IMG/VR virus record: IMGVR_UViG_3300005841_000032
Location: 32,001 to 96,000 of that record
Reading direction: 5' to 3' (one strand)
Length of the DNA: 64,000 nucleotides
Source of the DNA: a virus
Positions 58,326-64,000 of the stretch are shown here, piece by piece. The notes under the pieces were generated by a model. It was not told the DNA's origin. It searched no databases and was given only the letters and a program-made list of their open reading frames with translations. The translations under genes and the position numbers were made by a program. How positions within the stretch are numbered: position 1 is the first letter of the stretch; each line of letters begins with the position of its first letter.

Positions 58326-58438
58326 TTCTCTAAATAAAAGTCTCTTTCAATTACTTACTAAAGACTTTCCTTCTTACTTGATCTTTTGCCTAAGGGCAAG
58401 GTTGACACATATTTAAATAGGTAGGGAAAATTTTTAGA

Positions 58439-58509
58439 GTTAGCCTCGCCTCCATATTCGAGTTGTAGTTCCAATTATTCGCATTAGAATTCAGCACTCA
58501 ACTAGAAGA
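58439..58509 (-). repeat. DGR template repeat (TR)
   Basis: 71-nt ungapped match to 58604-58674; all 19 mismatches are at TR adenines; rich in AAT/AAC triplets. Confidence 0.95.
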
Positions 58510-58527
58510 AACATTCTATGTGTAACG

Positions 58528-59103
58528 CTAAGCGGAAAGATAATCTTCATAAATATCTTTAAATTGTTTACCAGCATACAAAGCTGTTCTTTCATCCCTA
58601 TATGAAAGCCCCGCCCCCAAAACCGAGTCGTAGTACCAAACACCCGCAACAGAAACCAGCACCCAACCAGAAGATTTTTTTTCGAACCAAGGGTACCACT
58701 TTGATTGAGATGAATTTTTATAGTCTTCCGTCCAGCCTTCATTAAGAACTTCTGCAATCAACTGAATTTTCGCAGCAGCATTCAATGCTTTTTGCTTCTT
58801 ATTTTTTGGATTATTGAATGGAACAACATTCTCTTCCTCTTCACCTGCTAATTCAAGAATATCTTTCCATTTCAAATCACGATCAGTCAATGTGACTGAT
58901 TTAAAAACATCAAAATACTTTTTCAGCATTTCTTTCTGTGTTTCATTAGCATCGTTAAATGCTTTCTTGATCAAAGTTTCTTCTACCTCAATCGTATCGC
59001 CTGACTGCCATAAAGCAAGTTCAGTGATTTTCTTTTGCCAATCTTGACATACTTGTCCGTAAATTGTTTGCAAATCTTTTCGTGAAATTTTCTGTGCTTT
59101 CAT
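58528..59103 (-). CDS. DGR target protein (191 aa)
   Basis: Contains the VR encoding SSGWVLVSVAGVWYYDSVLGAGLS. Confidence 0.9.
   Translation of the reverse strand: MKAQKISRKDLQTIYGQVCQDWQKKITELALWQSGDTIEVEETLIKKAFNDANETQKEMLKKYFDVFKSVTLTDRDLKWKDILELAGEEEENVVPFNNPKNKKQKALNAAAKIQLIAEVLNEGWTEDYKNSSQSKWYPWFEKKSSGWVLVSVAGVWYYDSVLGAGLSYRDERTALYAGKQFKDIYEDYLSA
58604..58674 (-). repeat. DGR variable repeat (VR)
   Basis: Adenine-specific divergence from TR (11 A>G, 8 A>T). Confidence 0.95.
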
Positions 59104-59380
59104 TTGTTTTTGAATATTTTCCCGGTTTAGTAAAATTAACGTATATTCATTTCTTCAAATTTAAGAAAGTATTTTTATGCTGCAAAGCTCCATTGGGAAC
59201 TATTATAAATATTTGCGAATGCGCCTTACTCTTTCCTATTGGTTCCCTTTTCTTCTTTTCAGCCACGCAAATAGGATATGGCACATTTGTTTTGTGAGTT
59301 GCTATTTTCACGAAGGAATTTATTTGAGAATTCCAACGGCCTTCGATTAGATCAAATAGTTTCATTTGATGAAATCATAG

Positions 59381-59833
59381 TCATCCATACTTGTTTTTAA
59401 GTTCAATATTTTTAGCTTTCATTTTTTGAAAACCAGTTTCATCAAAACTTGCACTTAGCACATCGCTTGCTTCTTGTTTCTTACCTAGTTGCGCTAAATG
59501 ACTTGCATATATTCTTGCGCCTAATCCGTCTTTCAGATGCAATCTTATGTTTATTTCATTCACCTTTTCTTCTGCAATCCTTACGCAACTAGAATAAAAC
59601 AAATCAACAATTTCATCCTGAGTTACATTTCTTATGGTGCCGAATGGCTTCTTTTCTGCTCTACCATAAGCTATTATTCGACCCATCTTTCTACTGAATT
59701 GGTCACCATCACGACAAACAGCTAATCCCAATTTTAAATGAAAATAATCATTTCCAAAAGCATGATCTACTATTCCCACAAGAGTAAACCTATTGTCGGA
59801 ATGATATACGAAATGTTGTTTTTCAGTTTTCAT
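59381..59833 (-). CDS. hypothetical phage protein
   Basis: GLAVCRDGDQFSRKMGRIIAYGRA motif common in small phage proteins. Confidence 0.65.
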   Translation of the reverse strand: MKTEKQHFVYHSDNRFTLVGIVDHAFGNDYFHLKLGLAVCRDGDQFSRKMGRIIAYGRAEKKPFGTIRNVTQDEIVDLFYSSCVRIAEEKVNEINIRLHLKDGLGARIYASHLAQLGKKQEASDVLSASFDETGFQKMKAKNIELKNKYG

Positions 59834-59848
59834 TTTTTTTAAGAACGT

Positions 59849-60055
59849 TTATTGATTATGTTCAATTATTTTTCTTACAAATCCATAGTAAGCAACCGAT
59901 GCCAATGGGCAAATTACTAACCACCTGACATACCATGTTGCATCTATACGATACATAAATGGAAAAGCAATAAACCAAAGCACAATATAAATTATAGTAA
60001 ACCCGCTAACATCTCTCATATTGCTTCCAATAATATGTATCGGATTGTGCTCCAT
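59849..60055 (-). CDS. small two-TM membrane protein
   Basis: Two hydrophobic segments; true start probably MRDVSG. Confidence 0.5.
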   Translation of the reverse strand: MEHNPIHIIGSNMRDVSGFTIIYIVLWFIAFPFMYRIDATWYVRWLVICPLASVAYYGFVRKIIEHNQ

Positions 60056-60234
60056 TTGTTAGGAGAAAATCTTTCAATTCCAAAGCCACCAATTTTACGC
60101 TTAAATTCTATTGAACAATCATTTCCCCAAACGCCAATAGCTTTTGTTTTTGTAATTCTATTAATAGTAGCAACAAAATCACTGAAAGTATTTTGCACTC
60201 TAACTCGATCTCCAATTTCTAATTCTGTTTTCAT
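60016..60234 (-). CDS. hypothetical protein
   Basis: 72 aa, LEIGDRVRV. Confidence 0.55.
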   Translation of the reverse strand: MKTELEIGDRVRVQNTFSDFVATINRITKTKAIGVWGNDCSIEFKRKIGGFGIERFSPNKWSTIRYILLEAI

Positions 60235-60458
60235 ATAAATTCACCATTTTTAAAATCATATCCTAATTGATCTTCAAATTCTTTCATCAAATAATGCGTT
60301 TGTTGGAATGGTTCTATATGACACAACTCGCTCATAAGCGCACTAGCAAAGTCTTTCGCTTCCATTTTGTCTAACCCCATTCTCCTAGAATGAATAAACC
60401 ATTTTGCAAATTCAATAAATCCTTTTTGTTCTTTTTGAATTTCCTCTTTTGTTTTCAT
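60231..60458 (-). CDS. hypothetical protein, first gene of the early-type block
   Basis: Directly downstream of the promoter motif. Confidence 0.6.
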   Translation of the reverse strand: MKTKEEIQKEQKGFIEFAKWFIHSRRMGLDKMEAKDFASALMSELCHIEPFQQTHYLMKEFEDQLGYDFKNGEFI

Positions 60459-60464
60459 ACCTCT

Positions 60465-60492
60465 AATAACGCGCTAATCCGGCATATGGACA
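60465..60492 (-). promoter_or_regulatory. putative phage early/middle promoter TGTCCA-N15-CGTTATT
   Basis: Second copy of the motif at 39842-39869. Confidence 0.6.
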
Positions 60493-60637
60493 AATATTTT
60501 AAAAGAATTTTTTGCATGAATTTTCAATTTACTGATTATCAGATAGTTACGTTTTAAAGTATTTTTTTAAAACCTTTTCTTGCTTTATTGCGTACAATAT
60601 AGTAGGTTTGATTATCAATTAAAAAACAGAAAGATTT

Positions 60638-60784
60638 ATGAAAACAACTTACAACGTAATGGTGCAAAAATTTACACCTTCAAACACAAAATCATTTAAA
60701 GGCTTCAATGTCACTATTCAAGACAAAATAAAGATTGAAGCGAAAAATCTCAAAAAGCTTCGCAAGTTTCTTGCCACTCTTTAA
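60638..60784 (+). CDS. 48-aa basic protein (absent from the ORF track)
   Basis: MKTTYNVMVQKF...KFLATL; TAGGTTTG element at 60603-60610 and an A-rich leader. Confidence 0.5.
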   Translation: MKTTYNVMVQKFTPSNTKSFKGFNVTIQDKIKIEAKNLKKLRKFLATL

Positions 60785-61743
60785 ACCAAAAAATCTTGAC
60801 CGTTAAACTTCACCAATACCTTTGGTCTGTTTGATGTTTTAGGTTTGCTCTTATCTGTTTCAAATGAGGTTCCGTTCCATACGGAACCTTCTTTATATTC
60901 TACCGCCAAACATCGACACCTCGGATGTATTGCGACTAAAGTACTTTTCCAGTCTTTTTGTTTCCTCCCGATGTTGCTTCCATTTGCCTCTAATTCTTTT
61001 AGTGTAAATATCTTTGGCTCACTTCCTTCTCCGCCTGTCAGGTAAAGCTTTACGCAACTTGGGCAAGCTGACGGTTGGACTCTGAACCACACTTTTGCTT
61101 TCTCGTTATCTCCGTCATTCTTTCTAAGCACCATTGCAGCCCTTCCTTCATTTAATGCAGTATGAGAGATATATTCTACCGACTTTCTGAAATCTCTACT
61201 CCAATCGCCCGTAAGACGTCCTATTTGCCTTGCTATCTCTTTCTTGCTTTTCCGATCTCCCGTTCCAGTTGCCATTTGATCCTTTAAATACTCTTCCTGA
61301 TTTGCCCTTGCGTTCCCAAATTGGTTACTGACTACATTGTTCACGTCTTTGAATATGCGCTCGTTTGCCAATCTTATATCGGACATTGATTGCATCTTTA
61401 TACTATTGATCGTTGCCCTTTCTCTTGCATTCAAGGGAATGTATGCGCTGGAAGTCACATAATCTTTTAATTGATTAAATGTAATATTTTGAACTTGTTT
61501 TTCTGATAAAATTTTAGAAAGCAATCCAAGATGAAAGTTCAATTCTACTAAATCCTTACTTTCATCGTAAAGCTTATCGGCGTTTATTCCATTGTCCTTT
61601 AAAACCTGCTTTTCTCCATCTGAAAGATAGTCCCCGCCCAATGTGGTTGCGCTGAATAAAGCTGTTTGCCTCTGAATGAGAGCCAGTATAGTTTGTACTT
61701 GTTGTGGAGATAACATTCTTTCATCCTCTGGTAAGTAATCCAA
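60781..61743 (-). CDS. head morphogenesis protein (SPP1 gp7 / Mu F-like)
   Basis: ACPSC...IHPRCRC; downstream of the portal. Confidence 0.75.
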   Translation of the reverse strand: MDYLPEDERMLSPQQVQTILALIQRQTALFSATTLGGDYLSDGEKQVLKDNGINADKLYDESKDLVELNFHLGLLSKILSEKQVQNITFNQLKDYVTSSAYIPLNARERATINSIKMQSMSDIRLANERIFKDVNNVVSNQFGNARANQEEYLKDQMATGTGDRKSKKEIARQIGRLTGDWSRDFRKSVEYISHTALNEGRAAMVLRKNDGDNEKAKVWFRVQPSACPSCVKLYLTGGEGSEPKIFTLKELEANGSNIGRKQKDWKSTLVAIHPRCRCLAVEYKEGSVWNGTSFETDKSKPKTSNRPKVLVKFNGQDFLV

Positions 61744-61791
61744 TAATAATCACAGTCAAGACTATAAGGGCTAGAATAATTGTTATTGACT

Positions 61792-62004
61792 TCATAATAA
61801 ATACTTTGCTATGTCCCTAGATATTCCCACCACTCTCTTTTCAAAGTACTCTAGATAATGTTTCTCAATTTCATTCACCACATTAATCTGAGGTTTTTCT
61901 ATTGGCTTTAGTTTCTTTAATGGAACAGCTTTATATAACCAATCTCCATTATCAAGGAAAGTGTATTCAAAGATATTACTTTTTATCTTTCCTATTTCTT
62001 CCAT
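61792..62004 (-). CDS. hypothetical protein
   Basis: 70-aa ORF. Confidence 0.5.
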   Translation of the reverse strand: MEEIGKIKSNIFEYTFLDNGDWLYKAVPLKKLKPIEKPQINVVNEIEKHYLEYFEKRVVGISRDIAKYLL

Positions 62005-62015
62005 ACACTAAATAT

Positions 62016-62435
62016 TTATCCAATCTTTAAGAAAGTATCTACGCCCATTATTCCTTTAAGAATCGCAATTATTGCTATAGTTTGAATGATAATTTGAACT
62101 AACATTCTTCCTATTTCCATCCATTTATTTTTAACATTGTTTTTTGCACTTATAGCCACATCTTGTTCTCTGTTAACCTGTCTTATATGTTCAATTTCTT
62201 TATTCAAAGAATCTATTTGGCGTTGTAAATCAGCTTGTCTTTTAATAACACCTTCATGTCCCAAAATTTCATTTCCAAACAATCCAGTTTCAATCGTATC
62301 AAGCTTTTTTAACTTCTCATTTATTTGAGCTAATACATCCCAATGGCTATCTAACTTACCCTCAACTTTTTCCATTCTAGTTTCCAGTGCCATAATTTGC
62401 TTTTCAGCGATCTCCATAACCTTATTTTTTTTCAC
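62016..62435 (-). CDS. coiled-coil protein with C-terminal TM helix
   Basis: Coiled coil followed by a hydrophobic C-terminal segment. Confidence 0.55.
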   Translation of the reverse strand: MKKNKVMEIAEKQIMALETRMEKVEGKLDSHWDVLAQINEKLKKLDTIETGLFGNEILGHEGVIKRQADLQRQIDSLNKEIEHIRQVNREQDVAISAKNNVKNKWMEIGRMLVQIIIQTIAIIAILKGIMGVDTFLKIG

Positions 62436-62820
62436 CTCTTCTTATAAAGAAGTTCACTGCCTCAATTCCAAAGGCTCCAGTTAACGTCCCAAATACAAAT
62501 ATCTCTCTTACTTGAACAGCGTAAAATACTTCAAGTAATCCAAATAAAACAAATAATTTAATGCACCACGCCGTAGAATAATGGATCAGCATTGAATTAA
62601 AATCTTCTTTATTAAATTTATTATCGCTATCCTCTATACCGTCCTTTAACCATTTTCTAAAACTTGGAACAAACATAAATCCCAACTCAGGCAAAAATAG
62701 CATAAAGCAAAAAATAGGGAATAGAAAATGATAATCTATTCCTGCTAATGCCATTGACGCAAAGGCGGCAACGAAGCGCAATGAAAACATATACCCCAAA
62801 ACAGAAATTATCTTTATCAT
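62422..62820 (-). CDS. multi-pass membrane protein (holin-like candidate)
   Basis: About 4 hydrophobic segments, basic C-terminus. Confidence 0.5.
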   Translation of the reverse strand: MIKIISVLGYMFSLRFVAAFASMALAGIDYHFLFPIFCFMLFLPELGFMFVPSFRKWLKDGIEDSDNKFNKEDFNSMLIHYSTAWCIKLFVLFGLLEVFYAVQVREIFVFGTLTGAFGIEAVNFFIRRGEKK

Positions 62821-64000
62821 TCTACGTTTACATATTTAGCTTCAAAAAATTCATCAAATGCTTTTTGAAATGGACTTTCCTCTTCCATTAAAAATGGATT
62901 TGTATTTGATTGTCTTTCTTCTTCTTTTTGTGAGTCTTGCTGATCTTGTTCTTGTTGCCCTTGCATTTCCATTTGCTGTTGCTGCATAAACAATGGATTC
63001 AAGGGAAGGTCGGCGGCTTTAGATTTAAGCGGTTTTAATTTTTTCCCAGCCCTTATCTCATTGGGAGTTAAATAAACAGTTGCAGCCTTTAATAGTCTTT
63101 CTTCTTCTTCAGATGCACTTTCAACCTCTAATCCAGCAAACTGGAATTCAAATTGTCTATTAGTAAGAGGGAAAATTATAAACTCATTAATCCAAGTCTG
63201 CATATAAGTCAATAAGGGTTTCAATCCCTTATTAATCGAATAATCTTTTTCCTGTTTACCTCCCTCCTTACTTCCCATTCCACCCTGCCTTGTACCTTGC
63301 AATGGGAAACCTATTTCTTCCGGCGATATTGTGTATACTGCACAGGCTAACTTAATCATCAGTTCATAGAATGCAGAATATTCCATGTCTCTATTGGTTT
63401 TCTGCATGTCAACCCAATCAACATTTTCAGCATCCAAAATCAAAGTTTTGCCGTTATTTTCAGCACCTGCGATCATTGCTTGCCAGTCGCGTCTTATTTG
63501 TTGTATGGCATCAGCCTGTATATTGCCTTTCTTTACAAACAAAGCTCCTTTTGGAGAGGAACCAGTTTTGAATATTGATCCATTATAACGATCTGCATTC
63601 AATAGATTAGTTACAGTAGTTATTAATATTTCTAATTCACTTGTCCCATATCCATTTGAATAAATACTTGTTGTTGGATTTCTTAATCCATAGCATAATT
63701 CCCAAGGATAAAATTCTGCTTTAATTAACCCATCTATTACTTGAACATATTTGGGCAAGTATCCATTTACTCTTGTTCTTTCATGTTTATTTACATCGTT
63801 ATTTGCCGTATCTGCAAACCTTACTGTTGCTCCATCTACTGCAACAAACATAGATGGCTTACCCATCCTTGTAGGTATTACCTCAAATGCAGCAAAGTCA
63901 CCTACCAAAGAATCAGTAAGTACTTTTTTGCCAAACGTATCGAAATTATCTAAATCCCAAATGTTCTCTTCGTTACCGCAATTATTAATAAAATTGGTAA
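62817..64000 (-). CDS. portal protein (5' end outside the window)
   Basis: Frame open to the window edge; GYGTSELE, PKGAL, DMEYS, ISPEEIGF, GLKPLL, TPNEIR. Confidence 0.9.
   Translation of the reverse strand, partial: TNFINNCGNEENIWDLDNFDTFGKKVLTDSLVGDFAAFEVIPTRMGKPSMFVAVDGATVRFADTANNDVNKHERTRVNGYLPKYVQVIDGLIKAEFYPWELCYGLRNPTTSIYSNGYGTSELEILITTVTNLLNADRYNGSIFKTGSSPKGALFVKKGNIQADAIQQIRRDWQAMIAGAENNGKTLILDAENVDWVDMQKTNRDMEYSAFYELMIKLACAVYTISPEEIGFPLQGTRQGGMGSKEGGKQEKDYSINKGLKPLLTYMQTWINEFIIFPLTNRQFEFQFAGLEVESASEEEERLLKAATVYLTPNEIRAGKKLKPLKSKAADLPLNPLFMQQQQMEMQGQQEQDQQDSQKEEERQSNTNPFLMEEESPFQKAFDEFFEAKYVNVE

Larger units (their letters stand above)
57369..59103 (-). mobile_element. diversity-generating retroelement (target-TR-RT)
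   Basis: RT, TR and VR within 1.7 kb. Confidence 0.92.

Noticed and set aside
59064-59365. ORFs upstream of the DGR target as avd
   Set aside because: Too short, no helical-bundle character, doubtful coding status.
1144-63953. Most plus-strand ORFs in the track (e.g. 21493-22251, 32990-33598, 39539-40048, 57146-57367)
   Set aside because: Antisense shadows of well-supported minus-strand genes or tRNAs, with no motifs.
1-64000. CRISPR array, rRNA, integrase or IS element
   Set aside because: No regularly spaced repeats or corresponding motifs seen.

Overview
A 64-kb, AT-rich segment of a large contractile-tailed phage, almost entirely encoded on the minus strand. The host is probably a Bacteroidota species, inferred from several TAnnTTTG promoter elements. 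Reading right to left: portal (cut by the window edge); head-morphogenesis gene; an early-type block of small genes ending in a compact diversity-generating retroelement (target/VR - TR - RT, no avd seen); three tRNAs; a ~14-kb glycan biosynthesis/modification cluster; Nudix protein; prohead protease, scaffold and major capsid; neck, sheath, tube, chaperones, tape measure, baseplate and fibres (one with an SGNH domain); AAA ATPase, C39 peptidase, DnaB-like helicase with a class 3 intein, and primase. The morphogenesis gene order resembles SPO1/Twort-type myoviruses. Six free-standing homing endonuclease genes are interspersed. Most notable: (1) a GT-D-type glycosyltransferase whose RWGDGE motif is split by an 8-nt stop-containing gap behind a 13-bp hairpin, next to a frameshifted HNH gene - a candidate translational-bypass/homing cassette like T4 mobA/gene 60; (2) the DGR, with 19 of 22 TR adenines changed in a small, apparently non-virion target; (3) the glycosylation cluster inside the head module. 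All product calls come from motif recognition and gene order; no database searches were run.
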